From assembly GCA_963677485.1 (NCBI GenBank), contig OY781964.1:1728001-1792000 (forward strand): 64,000 bases of DNA. Reading direction: 5' to 3'. Of the stretch, positions 9,932 to 20,184 are shown piece by piece. A program made the position numbers and the translations under genes. The stretch's first letter is position 1. Each line of letters opens with the position of its first letter. This DNA is from Armatimonadota bacterium (GTDB taxonomy: Bacteria > Armatimonadota > HRBIN16). Below the pieces are notes generated by a model, which searched no databases, was not told where the DNA came from, and saw only the letters and a list, made by a program, of their open reading frames with translations.

Positions 9932-12046
9932 CTACTGACTCGGCAACCGCACCGTAGTCTTCACCGGCCAACTGGCTCGGTCGGGGTGCTTGTATAGCCC
10001 GATTTTGTCAAATGGGATCGGTTTGAAACCGAGTTTCCATGCTGGGGATTCCGGCTTCAGGTTAAAGTTATGCCTCATCGCGTTCACGAACAGCGGGTCC
10101 TGGTCCAGCAGATTGTCCTTGAAGCTCACGGCGGAAGCGGCGGCACCTTCGATATTCGTCCATTTACCGCCCAAGCAGATGTTTCGTATCACTTTGATAT
10201 TCCTGGGTGACATCGGCTCCTCGTTCAGTATATTCAGCAGCTCGGGATAGCGCGTGCGCCAGAGTTCACTTTGGTAGGGCATCGCATTCAGCGACTCGAC
10301 GAGACCGTCTCTACTGCCCGCAGCCCAGTTCGTGCCGCGCGCATCCACCTGGATGGCGGGGTTGCATTCCACATAGATGTTGTTCTCAATCGTGCTGTCG
10401 CGCCCGCCGCCTATGAAGGAAGCGTTAGGCACGCGGTAATGGACATTGCCGTAGATATTCGCCGAACAGAACTGGTCGTCTAGATAGACACCGACGCATC
10501 CTTTACCCTTGAGGCCGTAGATGTCGTGGATGTAGTTGTACCTGATCTGGTTCCCACGCATGGTCCAGTTTCGACCGCCATAGATCACGCCCGCGTCGTT
10601 CGATTCATACACCACGCTGTGAATCTCGTTGTATTCGATGATGTGGTCATTCCCGCTGAGGCCGATGGCCATGTGCGGGGAGTCATTGATGAGGTTGTGG
10701 GCTACCCTGGTGCCGACACCGTAGAGGTTGACGGCGGGATGGTAGATGGGGTTCCATCGGGCGAATTTATAGATGTGGCAGTTCTCAACGCTATGACCCG
10801 ATGGCGTCAGGCTGGCCCGGTCGCCGGCATTGACATTGACGCCGCCATCGCCCAGATTATACATGTCGCAGCCGAAGACCTCGTGTTTTTGGCCGCCATC
10901 GATGTTGATCGCCGCACTACCCAGATTGCGCAGGGTGCATCTGGCGATGCGGATGTGTTCGCCACGGGTGATGTTAATGCCGCTCTTCTGAGCGCACTCA
11001 AACGTCAGCCCCTGCAGGTTGACATATGACACGCTGCCCATCGACACCGAGTTATCCAGCACTGAGACCATGAGCTTGCCCTTGTTCAGCGGCTGGGGAG
11101 GCCAGAAGTAGAGGATGCCCTTCTGCCTGTCGAGATACCACTCACCGGGATTGTCCAGCTCCGACAGCGCGTTGTAGACGTAATACCACTGCCCCTTGCG
11201 GAAGCCGAACGGGTGCATGGGCGGGTTTTCCAGCGTGATAGTTTTGGTGCTGGTGTCAATCGACTGAACGCGGAAGCGCTGGTCGGCCCAGTCCCACATC
11301 CAGTAACCGTCGGCCATTAGGCCGAGCTCATTTAGCCAGCGTGAAGGGCGGTCGCCTTCGTAGGTGAAGATGCCCTCTTTGGTGCCCTTGGTGCCGCGGA
11401 TGTCCATCTCATTCGGGCCTTTGACGTCCACCATCTTTGCGTAGCCCTCATTGGGCCAGCGGGAGAGCGTCATCGGCTGGTCGGCGAAGAACACCTCAAG
11501 CCCCACCTCTGAGTTGGCCCAGGTCGGGGAGCTCGTCATCGGCGGGTATTTCGTGATGCCCTGCTCCTTCAGACTGGTGCAGAGCACGTGCCCTCGCGCT
11601 GAGGGGTCAAGCCTGGCCAGCACCGCGGGTTCCGTCACTGGTTTGAAACCGGTGATCACTTTACCGCCAACCAGCCGGACCGTCTGGCCCTTCGCCGCTC
11701 GGTATGTGATCGGCGAGGCCGCTGTGCCCGAATCCTCACCGCTGAGCTCGAAGGTACGTGTGAGCTCGTAGATACCGCCTTTGATCTCCACCGTCACTCC
11801 GCCTTGGGGTAGAACGGCCTTCTTCAGCACCCGAACCCGATTGCGGGCTCCCTCCAGACTGGCTACTGGACCGTCGGTGCGTGCTCTGTTCGGCGCTGAG
11901 CTCCGCCCGCTCCAGGCGTCGTTGCCCGATGGGGAGACGTATATGGTGCTATTGGGTGCCGGTTTCGCGGGGGTAGCCACTCCGGCTCCAAAGCTCAGGG
12001 CTATCATCATGGCCATCTCCAGCATATTCGCAGCGCTTCGTTTCAT
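9932..12046 (-). CDS. Secreted right-handed parallel beta-helix protein (GH141/pectin-lyase-like superfamily)
   Basis: Signal peptide, IYVSPSGNDAWSG, ELDNPGEWY, NDHIIEYNEIH, DAGVIY and GVYLDD motifs typical of this family. Confidence 0.85.
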   Translation of the reverse strand: MKRSAANMLEMAMMIALSFGAGVATPAKPAPNSTIYVSPSGNDAWSGRSSAPNRARTDGPVASLEGARNRVRVLKKAVLPQGGVTVEIKGGIYELTRTFELSGEDSGTAASPITYRAAKGQTVRLVGGKVITGFKPVTEPAVLARLDPSARGHVLCTSLKEQGITKYPPMTSSPTWANSEVGLEVFFADQPMTLSRWPNEGYAKMVDVKGPNEMDIRGTKGTKEGIFTYEGDRPSRWLNELGLMADGYWMWDWADQRFRVQSIDTSTKTITLENPPMHPFGFRKGQWYYVYNALSELDNPGEWYLDRQKGILYFWPPQPLNKGKLMVSVLDNSVSMGSVSYVNLQGLTFECAQKSGINITRGEHIRIARCTLRNLGSAAINIDGGQKHEVFGCDMYNLGDGGVNVNAGDRASLTPSGHSVENCHIYKFARWNPIYHPAVNLYGVGTRVAHNLINDSPHMAIGLSGNDHIIEYNEIHSVVYESNDAGVIYGGRNWTMRGNQIRYNYIHDIYGLKGKGCVGVYLDDQFCSANIYGNVHYRVPNASFIGGGRDSTIENNIYVECNPAIQVDARGTNWAAGSRDGLVESLNAMPYQSELWRTRYPELLNILNEEPMSPRNIKVIRNICLGGKWTNIEGAAASAVSFKDNLLDQDPLFVNAMRHNFNLKPESPAWKLGFKPIPFDKIGLYKHPDRASWPVKTTVRLPSQ

Positions 12047-12337
12047 TGGGGTGCTCCTCTTCGGGTGATTGCATTCATAGCTATATTATCTGCTAAATGC
12101 TGTTAATATGCCTGCCGCGGGGGGTAGAGGTGGCTATTTCACTGCGGGTTGCACTTTTATCTGAGCCACGGACTACGCGGATGGCACGGATGGGTTCGGA
12201 TGGGAAGGGTATAATCAAGATACACATACCTGTCAGATGGGGGGCCACAGTCGCATACCAATAGCCAGACAAACAGGCGAAGTGAAGCTTCACGCACAGC
12301 ATCTGTAGGCGTCGCCCGTAAGTTTCAGGCGTGTGCG

Positions 12338-12595
12338 TTGAAATGGAAAACTGAAACCTCGCATATGTCATCGGTCAGTGACATCACATCGCATCCTACC
12401 TACCTGGAGATCATTGAAATGGGCAGTGTTGTGGTCCCTTTGATCATTCGCGACCTTGTGTTGGAGGATGGCGACTGGTTTACTGCGTTATATGTCATCA
12501 CTGGTGAGAACCCTGTGAAGCCTGAGGACGCAGGGAAATTGGGCAAAATGCGCGATGCGTGGGTTGACTGGGCCAAAACACGAGGGATTTCATAG
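12338..12595 (+). pseudogene. Probably 5'-truncated small conserved hypothetical protein
   Basis: HPTYLEIIEMG..VVPLII..L....WF.AL..ITGENPV...AW..W pattern resembles a small family whose members are usually longer at the N-terminus; TTG start without a clear RBS. Confidence 0.45.
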
Positions 12596-12869
12596 ACGCG
12601 GCGATGGGTGATCTTTTTAGCAGGCTTAAGCCATATTTTCCACATCTGACAGAGCAAATACGGCGATGTCTTTCAGTTGATGAAGCGCAAGGTGTAGACG
12701 GACTTCTTTTCCAGCACAACACACATCCACAGCGTATGGTTCTAAATGACCATGCCTCCCCATCCCTGTTTTTACACCAGAACTCTGTGTAGCCAACCAT
12801 TTTTAACCCACAGGATGGCAACTTACACCACCCGGTGGGTTTCATGGCTTACGGATTTCTAGTAGTACC

Positions 12870-14996
12870 TCAGTCTCCCCTCGCCCCGAAGTTTTGGTCG
12901 ACGACCACGTAGTCAAACAGGTTGACCTGCCCGTTACCGTCAAGGTCGGCCATGGCATCGGCTGAGCCGAACTTGGAATCCAGCACCACGAAGTCGAATA
13001 GGTTGATTTGGCCATCACCATCCGCGTCGCCGTTGGTAAGGGTAAAGTTCGCGCTCTGCCCGAGTGCCACGTTCGTTGCCTTCGCTGTCAAAAAGTGCGG
13101 ACTGCTGACTCGAATGTTATACGGCGGCTGAAGGTAGGTGGAGAGGGTGAAGTTGCCGTTGGCAGCGGGCAGCAAGCTCAGGCACTGGGTGATGCTCGTA
13201 TCAGCCGTGCAGCTCACAGAGGCAGTGAGTTGCTGCGACAATAAATTGCTGGTGAAGTTACCCAGTTGAACCATACCCGCAAGTGACTGAACACTACGGA
13301 TCGCGACTGTGTTGTAGCCTCCTGCATCGATAGCGGTAAATCCGCTGTTAGGTGCGGGCACACTGGTGTTATCACCCCAGCAGACCACGGAGCCGTCGCG
13401 CTTCAGACCGACGGTATGGCCATAGCCTGCGGAGATGGCGGTGAAGTCTTGGTTGGGTGCGGGCACGTTGCACTGGCCGTCGCGGTTCGATCCCCAGCAG
13501 ACCACGGAGCCGTCGCGCTTCAGACCGACGGTATGGTAGCTACCTGCGGATATGGCGGCGAAGTCTTGGTTGGGTGTCGGTACGTTTAAATCACCATAAT
13601 AGTTCCATCCCCAGCATACGACGGATCCGTCGCGCTTCAGGCCGATGGTATGCCGGTTTCCAGCGGAGATAGCGGTGAAGTCCTGGTTGGGTGCAGGCAC
13701 GTTCAACTGGCCGAAGGAGTTATCACCCCAGCAGACAACAGAACCATTGCTTTTCAGACCGACGGTATGGTATTCCCCTGCGGAGATGGCAGTGAAGTCA
13801 AGGTTGGGTGCAGGCACGTTCAACTGGCCGTAATTGTACAAACCCCAGCAGACTACCGAGCCATCGCGCTTCAGACCCACGGTAAACTGCTCGCCTGCGG
13901 AGATGGCAGTGAAGTCCTGGTTGGGTGCAGGCACGTTCAACTGACCACTGGAGTTATCATCGCAGGAGACTACCGAGCCATTGCGTTTCAGACCGACGAT
14001 ATGCATGGCTCCTGCTGAGATGACGGTGAAATCCTGGTTGGGTATGGGCACGTTGCACTGGCCGTCGCCGTTCCGCCCCCAGCAGACGACGGAGCCGTCA
14101 CGCTTCAGACCAACGGTATGGCAACCCCCTGCCAAAATGGCGGTGAAATCCTGGTTGGGTGCAGGTACGTTCAACTGGCCGTAGGAGTTACCACCCCAGC
14201 AGACGACGGAGCCGTCGCGCTTCAGACCGATGGTAAAGCCATAGCCTACGGAGATGGCGATGAAGTCCTGGTTGGGTGCAGGTATATTCAACTGGCCGGA
14301 TTCGTTATCACCCCAGCAGACCACCGAGCCGTCACGTTTCAATCCGACGGTATTGTAATATCCTGCTGCAATGGCGATGAAGTCCTGGTTGGGTGCAGGT
14401 ATATTCAACTGGCCGGATTCGTTATCACCCCAGCAGACCACCGAGCCGTCACGTTTCAATCCAGCCGTATGGCATTCCCCCGTTGCGATAGCGGTAAAGT
14501 CTTGGTTGGGTGCAGGCACGTTCAACTGGCTTTCGTAGTCCCAACCCCAGCAGACCACAGAACCATTACGCTTCAGACCGACGGTATGGCCATAGCCTGC
14601 GGAGATAGCGGTGAAGTCTTGGTTGGGTGCGGGCACGTTGCACTGGCCGTCGCGGTTCGATCCCCAGCAGACCACGGAGCCGTCGCGCTTCAGACCGACG
14701 GTATGGGCGTTACCGGCTGCGATGGCGGTGAAGTCCTTGTTGGGTGCGGGTACACTGGTGTTATCACCCCATATGACCACCGAGCCGTCGCGTTTCAGCC
14801 CAACGGTATGGCCATAACCTGCTGCGAGAGAGGAAAAGCCTGTGAGTTCACCTGGAATGATGCGTTGTCCTCCCCAAACCTCTATGGTGCCGCCTTGGGC
14901 GAAGCAGCAAGAGCAGGAAATGAGTAGCAGCATTACGATCAGGGTGATTCTGTAATTCGCGTTGACGTGTGGCACAATATTACCTCCGGACTTCAT
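12870..14996 (-). CDS. Secreted RCC1/BLIP-II repeat beta-propeller protein with C-terminal dockerin-like EF-hand domain
   Basis: 13 full repeats (11 of 39 aa, first and last of 35 aa) of FTAISAGxxHTVGLKRDGSVVCWG plus a partial one; C-terminal GDADGDGQINLFDF...ADLDGNGQVNLFDY. Confidence 0.92.
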   Translation of the reverse strand: MKSGGNIVPHVNANYRITLIVMLLLISCSCCFAQGGTIEVWGGQRIIPGELTGFSSLAAGYGHTVGLKRDGSVVIWGDNTSVPAPNKDFTAIAAGNAHTVGLKRDGSVVCWGSNRDGQCNVPAPNQDFTAISAGYGHTVGLKRNGSVVCWGWDYESQLNVPAPNQDFTAIATGECHTAGLKRDGSVVCWGDNESGQLNIPAPNQDFIAIAAGYYNTVGLKRDGSVVCWGDNESGQLNIPAPNQDFIAISVGYGFTIGLKRDGSVVCWGGNSYGQLNVPAPNQDFTAILAGGCHTVGLKRDGSVVCWGRNGDGQCNVPIPNQDFTVISAGAMHIVGLKRNGSVVSCDDNSSGQLNVPAPNQDFTAISAGEQFTVGLKRDGSVVCWGLYNYGQLNVPAPNLDFTAISAGEYHTVGLKSNGSVVCWGDNSFGQLNVPAPNQDFTAISAGNRHTIGLKRDGSVVCWGWNYYGDLNVPTPNQDFAAISAGSYHTVGLKRDGSVVCWGSNRDGQCNVPAPNQDFTAISAGYGHTVGLKRDGSVVCWGDNTSVPAPNSGFTAIDAGGYNTVAIRSVQSLAGMVQLGNFTSNLLSQQLTASVSCTADTSITQCLSLLPAANGNFTLSTYLQPPYNIRVSSPHFLTAKATNVALGQSANFTLTNGDADGDGQINLFDFVVLDSKFGSADAMADLDGNGQVNLFDYVVVDQNFGARGD

Positions 14997-15282
14997 TGTA
15001 AGCCTTACACTATCGTAAGAACACGGTGGGTGTTACTTCATAGTAGTCGATTATAGTTGGCATGCTTCAGATGAACCCTGTCGACTGAAACATCGGTCTG
15101 GGTTCATTATACATGTTGTATCGACAACATTATACTCGTTATTTACGTGCTTGGAAACGCCATGTAATGCCAATATCACTATATCTGAGTATTACCCCCG
15201 CGCCACGAACCCTAAAGAAGGATACCGACGTCCTGGCGTCGCAACGTAAAATCAGCACACTGAATCATCAGAGGTCAACACC

Positions 15283-18200
15283 ATGCTCAGCGTCCTGCTT
15301 GCACTCATCGCCATCCTCGTCATCACACTGCTCGCACCAAAACGGGCTCTGGCTGCGCCTGTCAACACGCTACTCGTGAAGCGCGCCACCCGGGGGGAGA
15401 TGACGGCGAAGATCATCGAGATACTCACGCGGCAGCTCAAAGAGCGCTGCGGGGCGCGGATGGTCACCAACGGCAAGGCGGAGCTGACCATCGAGCTCTC
15501 CGTCAAGACCGGCGCCGGCAAGAACGGCTTCACCATCGCGGACGGCCCGAAGGGTTCGCTCTGCATCATCGGCCACGACGAAGCCGGACTGCTCTACGGC
15601 GTCGGCAAGATGCTGCGCGACGGCCTCTACGGTCCGACCGGCTTCACGCCAGGTCCATGGCGCGGCAGTTCGGTGCCTAAAATGCCGGTGCGGGGCATCT
15701 ACTTCGCCACGCACTTCCACAACTTCTACCACGACGCGCCGGTTCAGGATGTGCAGCGCTACGTCGAGGAGCTGGCGCTCTGGGGCGTGAACAGCCTGAT
15801 GGTGTGGTTCGACATGCACCACTTCAACGGCATCAACGACCCGGCGGCGCAGAAGATGATTGAGCGCCTGCGGGTGATTCTGCAGACCGCGAAGAGCGTG
15901 GGCATGGGCCGAGGTCTTGGCCTGGTGGCCAACGAGGGCTACGCGAACAGTCCGGTTGAGCTGCGCGCCACCGGTCCTGGCCGTGGAGCGTTCTTCGGCA
16001 TCGAGCTCTGCCCCAACAAACCGGGTGGGAAGCAGCTCATCGTTCAGCAGTTCCGAGATGTTTTTGGGCATTTCAAAGATATCGGCATCACCGACCTTTG
16101 GATTTGGCCCTATGATTCGGGTTCGTGCGCGTGTGAGCAGTGCAGCCCATGGGGCACTAACGGCTTCCTGACCGCGGCGAAGCTAGTGGCCATGCTTGCG
16201 CGCGAATGTTTCCCCGGTGTGAAGCTCTATCTCTCTACCTGGTTCCTCGATGAGGGCGAGTGGGAGGGGCTGGCAAAGGCGTTCAAGACCAGGCCCGACT
16301 GGGTTGATGCACTGATCTCACAGCCCAACACCTATGCTTTCAGCCACGAATCACCCGGCCGACTGCCCATTCTAGGCTTCCCAGAGATCAGCATGGACGG
16401 CATGTGGCCTTGGGGAGGCTTCGGTGCGAACCCTCAGCCCCACGGACTACAGGGATACTGGGACGGCTTCAAGGCGAAGAGCGGCGGTGGGTTCCCCTAC
16501 TCCGAAGGCATCTACGAGGACATCAACAAGGCGGTGTGCGCGCAGCTCTACTGGAGCCCCGACCGGCCCGTTGAGGACATCCTGAAGGAGTACATCCGTT
16601 ATGAGTATTCCCCCGATGTGACCACCGAGCTGACGGCGGTGATCGCCACTCTGGAGCGTAATCACCACATGCGCTGGTGGCCGGGTCTGCTGGAGGGCTA
16701 CACCGGCTGGTTCCCTTCAAAGGGTGCGGCGCCTCAAGATGATCCTGGTGCAGAGACCGCGTATGCGATGGTGAAAAAAGTCGATTCGAGGCTCAGCCCT
16801 GAGGCGCGGAAATCCTGGCGCTGGCGGATACTCTACCTGCGCGCACTGACCGATGCGGAGCTGAAGGCCAATGGCGGCAAGCCGAACGCTGCCTGCGAAC
16901 GGGCGTTTGAGGAGCTCACGCTGATCTACCACGCCCAAGGTGCGCAGGTGGACCTCAAGCCGCCAGCCACCCCCAAGCACAGCGAGGGCGACATCACCCG
17001 CCTGGCAGCGGGCATCACCTCCACCGCCACAGATCCGGCTAATACGATGGCACAGACGTCGACAGATACCAAGGACCTGTGGGTGCCCACTTTCCGACCG
17101 ATCGCCGTGCAGGCGGGGAAGCCGGTCTCGCACACGATTGATGGCACCTGGCGGATCAACCCTCAGGCTCCAAAAGATGTCGCGGGCTCAGAGCTAACCG
17201 GCGCAGGCTGGGCGGACTTCCGGGTGCCTGGTCAGTGGGCGAATCAAGGGTTTGATCTAGCCGAGGATGCGGTCGCCGCACTGGGCACAGACTTCACCAT
17301 TCCGGCCGCCTACAAGGGCAAGCGCATCTTTCTGCGCTTCGATGCCGTGCATGGCGGCACCCAGTATTGGCTCAACGGCACCAAGCTGGGCGAGACGCAG
17401 TATTACTTCACCCCGGTGGAGTTCGAGATCACGCAGTTCGCCAAACCTGGGCAGCTCAACCGGCTGCGCATCACACAGACACGCAACGTGCCAGGTGAAA
17501 ATGTCCAATTCAGCGGCTACCGTGCCCAACAGCAGCCTCCCGAGACGGGTCTGCCTCGTTCGGTGCACGTGTTCGCGTTGCCGCAGCTCCACATCAGCGG
17601 ATTGCAGCTCATCACAGATCTTGATCGCGACTACCGCGATGCTGATTTGTTGATAAACCTGAGCCTGAACAATCCCACGGCCGCTCCTGCGGGCGATGTT
17701 TCGGTTGAGGTGACGCTTCGAGATGCGGCAGGAAGGCCCGTCAATCTGGCGAAGCCGCGCCACGATCTGGAGCCGCTGACGTCGGGAGCAAGCGAGCGGA
17801 AACTCACTCTGCACGTGCCCAATCCGGCGAAGTGGAGCGACGAAAAGCCCACGCTCTATTCGCTCACCATCGCCCTCAATCGAAAAGGCAAGCTCATTGA
17901 GAAGCTGGAAGAGCACGTGGGTTTCCGTAAAGTGGAAACGCGCGATCGGCAGATACTGCTAAACGGGGTGACCATCAAGCTACACGGGGCTTGCCATCAC
18001 GAATTTGATCCGCTCACCCAGCGTTCCGACACGGGCAAGCTGGCAGACCAGGACGCGCAACTGTTGAAGGCCGCCAACGTCAACTACTGCCGCACCACCC
18101 ACTACCCTCCCACAAAGGAGTTCCTGGACGCCTGCGACAAGCACGGCATCTTCGTGGAAGTGGAGTGCCCCTTCATGTGGACGCGCTTTGTGCCCGGCGA

Positions 18201-20058
18201 GGACGATCCGGCCTACATCAAGTTTTTCGCCGACCCAACGGCTGCGGCAGTGGTCTACCATCGCAACCACCCGTCGGTCATCATGTGGTCGCTCTCCAAC
18301 GAAAGCGGTCTGGAGCCGTGGCACCAGCCGAATCGGCTGCCGGTGAACTACCAGACTACGAACAAGCTGGTCAAACAACTCGATCCCACACGCTTGACCT
18401 GCTTCCACAACGAGTGGAATGATGACGGCCGCACCACCGATGTAGGCAACCTGCATTACGTCACACCGCCGTATGATACCTCGCCATGGATCGCCGGTGA
18501 TCCACGCCCTGTGGTCTGCGGTGAGATGTATCTGCTGGTCGGCATGGGATGGAAAGGCCCCTACCTGGAGCTGGATCCCGGCCTCAGCGAGTTTTGGTCG
18601 ATGGGCAACAACATCCACTGGTTCAAACACACGCAGAAGATGAGCGATGTGCAGGCGAAGTGGGAACTGGAAGAGAATCAGGTGCCGACGCATGGTCAGA
18701 ACTCCCCGCAGTCGGGCTATAACATCTCGTTCTGGTCAAAACAGCTTGCAGGCATGGGTATCTGGGAGGCGGTCGGTCCGCATGGCATCATCGACGAGTG
18801 GCGCCGTCCGAAGAACGAGTGGTGGGCCGTGAAGCGGATGTTCTCTCCGGTTTATATCCCCACCCGCCAGGTGGAGTTTGCGCCGGGCATCAAGAGCATA
18901 AAGGTGCCGATCGAGAACCGCTACTCCTTCACGGACCTGCGCGAGCTGAAACTGAGCTGCGAGCTCTCCGAGACGGGCGTGATCGACTGCCTGAACCCGC
19001 CGGATCATGCGAACCTGCACAGCATCGCCGTCTCGCTGCCGCCTATGTCAAAGGGTGAGCTCAGTGTAGCCATTCCCGCAGGGGCAAAAGCGGGTCAGAC
19101 ACTGATCATCCGCGCAACAGATTCGAAGGGTCGGCTTGTGACCGCCGTGGGTATCTTGCTGGGCAATGCCATTATGCCTGCACTGCCTGCCCCCACTAAA
19201 GACGCACCGGAAGTCCAGCAGCAGGGCCAGAGCACCGTGGTACGCGGCGATCACTACGCCTTCACGCTCAATCACGCCACCGGCGCGATCGCACCGGTGC
19301 AGGGTGCGCCGGGCATCGCGTTACGCGCATTTCCCTCGGTGTTCGCCTTGAGTTATTGGGATGTCGAGGCGATGTTCAAGACCATCACCCAGCTCCCGGC
19401 ATCCGATGAACGCGTGATCGACTCGGTCATCGCAGAGGCCAGGGCGAACTCGCTGGCCATCACCGTCACAGACCACACCGTGGAGTTCTCCGGGTCCGCT
19501 ACTATGGATATCGACAAAGCGGGAGTATGCACACTCACGTATGACTACACCTATTCAGGATCTCCGATCCGCATCGGGCAGGCTGGTCTGAGGTTTACCA
19601 TGGATTCGCACTGCCGTAGCATCGCCTGGAAGCGGCAATCGGAGTGGGACGTCTACCCGGACGACACCATCGGCCGACCGGTGGGGTCAGCGATGGCAGA
19701 TCGTGACATGAACACTGTCAATGCCTCGGATAAGAACACCGGCTATCTCTATCCAGCCGTGACGGTGAAGCCAGGGGAATCGGCCAAACCATCCTGGCCA
19801 TGCTGTCTAGACACCACAATGTATGGCACAAGCGACTTCCGCGCGACGAAATTCAATATCACGGAGGCATCACTCACGGCTCCTGACGGCAGCGGCATCA
19901 AGGCCTTCGCCAAAGGCGACGTGCATATACGCGCTTGCCTGGCGAAAGACGCAGTGTTGTTCCACCTCTGGCAACCGAGTGAGGACGGCCGGAGGCTTGA
20001 GAAGGGCAGCAGGATCACTGGCAGTTTTACGGTCTCGATGCTCACTGAAGATCGGTAA
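15283..20058 (+). CDS. Secreted multidomain glycoside hydrolase: uncharacterised N-terminal GH-like module fused to GH2 (beta-galactosidase-like)
   Basis: 1591 aa; GH2 motifs LRFDAV, WSDEKPTLY, VGFRKVE, HGACHHE, RTTHYPP, RNHPSVIMWSLSNE; N-terminal ~560 aa has GH67/GH115-like GLLYGVGKMLR and RGIYFATHF. Confidence 0.85.
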   Translation: MLSVLLALIAILVITLLAPKRALAAPVNTLLVKRATRGEMTAKIIEILTRQLKERCGARMVTNGKAELTIELSVKTGAGKNGFTIADGPKGSLCIIGHDEAGLLYGVGKMLRDGLYGPTGFTPGPWRGSSVPKMPVRGIYFATHFHNFYHDAPVQDVQRYVEELALWGVNSLMVWFDMHHFNGINDPAAQKMIERLRVILQTAKSVGMGRGLGLVANEGYANSPVELRATGPGRGAFFGIELCPNKPGGKQLIVQQFRDVFGHFKDIGITDLWIWPYDSGSCACEQCSPWGTNGFLTAAKLVAMLARECFPGVKLYLSTWFLDEGEWEGLAKAFKTRPDWVDALISQPNTYAFSHESPGRLPILGFPEISMDGMWPWGGFGANPQPHGLQGYWDGFKAKSGGGFPYSEGIYEDINKAVCAQLYWSPDRPVEDILKEYIRYEYSPDVTTELTAVIATLERNHHMRWWPGLLEGYTGWFPSKGAAPQDDPGAETAYAMVKKVDSRLSPEARKSWRWRILYLRALTDAELKANGGKPNAACERAFEELTLIYHAQGAQVDLKPPATPKHSEGDITRLAAGITSTATDPANTMAQTSTDTKDLWVPTFRPIAVQAGKPVSHTIDGTWRINPQAPKDVAGSELTGAGWADFRVPGQWANQGFDLAEDAVAALGTDFTIPAAYKGKRIFLRFDAVHGGTQYWLNGTKLGETQYYFTPVEFEITQFAKPGQLNRLRITQTRNVPGENVQFSGYRAQQQPPETGLPRSVHVFALPQLHISGLQLITDLDRDYRDADLLINLSLNNPTAAPAGDVSVEVTLRDAAGRPVNLAKPRHDLEPLTSGASERKLTLHVPNPAKWSDEKPTLYSLTIALNRKGKLIEKLEEHVGFRKVETRDRQILLNGVTIKLHGACHHEFDPLTQRSDTGKLADQDAQLLKAANVNYCRTTHYPPTKEFLDACDKHGIFVEVECPFMWTRFVPGEDDPAYIKFFADPTAAAVVYHRNHPSVIMWSLSNESGLEPWHQPNRLPVNYQTTNKLVKQLDPTRLTCFHNEWNDDGRTTDVGNLHYVTPPYDTSPWIAGDPRPVVCGEMYLLVGMGWKGPYLELDPGLSEFWSMGNNIHWFKHTQKMSDVQAKWELEENQVPTHGQNSPQSGYNISFWSKQLAGMGIWEAVGPHGIIDEWRRPKNEWWAVKRMFSPVYIPTRQVEFAPGIKSIKVPIENRYSFTDLRELKLSCELSETGVIDCLNPPDHANLHSIAVSLPPMSKGELSVAIPAGAKAGQTLIIRATDSKGRLVTAVGILLGNAIMPALPAPTKDAPEVQQQGQSTVVRGDHYAFTLNHATGAIAPVQGAPGIALRAFPSVFALSYWDVEAMFKTITQLPASDERVIDSVIAEARANSLAITVTDHTVEFSGSATMDIDKAGVCTLTYDYTYSGSPIRIGQAGLRFTMDSHCRSIAWKRQSEWDVYPDDTIGRPVGSAMADRDMNTVNASDKNTGYLYPAVTVKPGESAKPSWPCCLDTTMYGTSDFRATKFNITEASLTAPDGSGIKAFAKGDVHIRACLAKDAVLFHLWQPSEDGRRLEKGSRITGSFTVSMLTEDR

Positions 20059-20184
20059 CTCGATCTTACCTGTCCTACGCGGCAATACAAGGCTTACGGA
20101 CCAAGCCCTGAGCAAGCAAACTGATATACAATATGTTTAATACAAGCCGCCAGCGACTGCTGGTGTTCAAAACAAGGGAGAGCA

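Noticed and set aside
13330-14840. Regular 117-bp repeats considered as a CRISPR array or a diversity-generating retroelement TR/VR pair
   Set aside because: The repeats are in-frame RCC1 protein repeats; there are no unique spacers, no cas or reverse transcriptase gene, and no evident adenine-specific mismatch pattern
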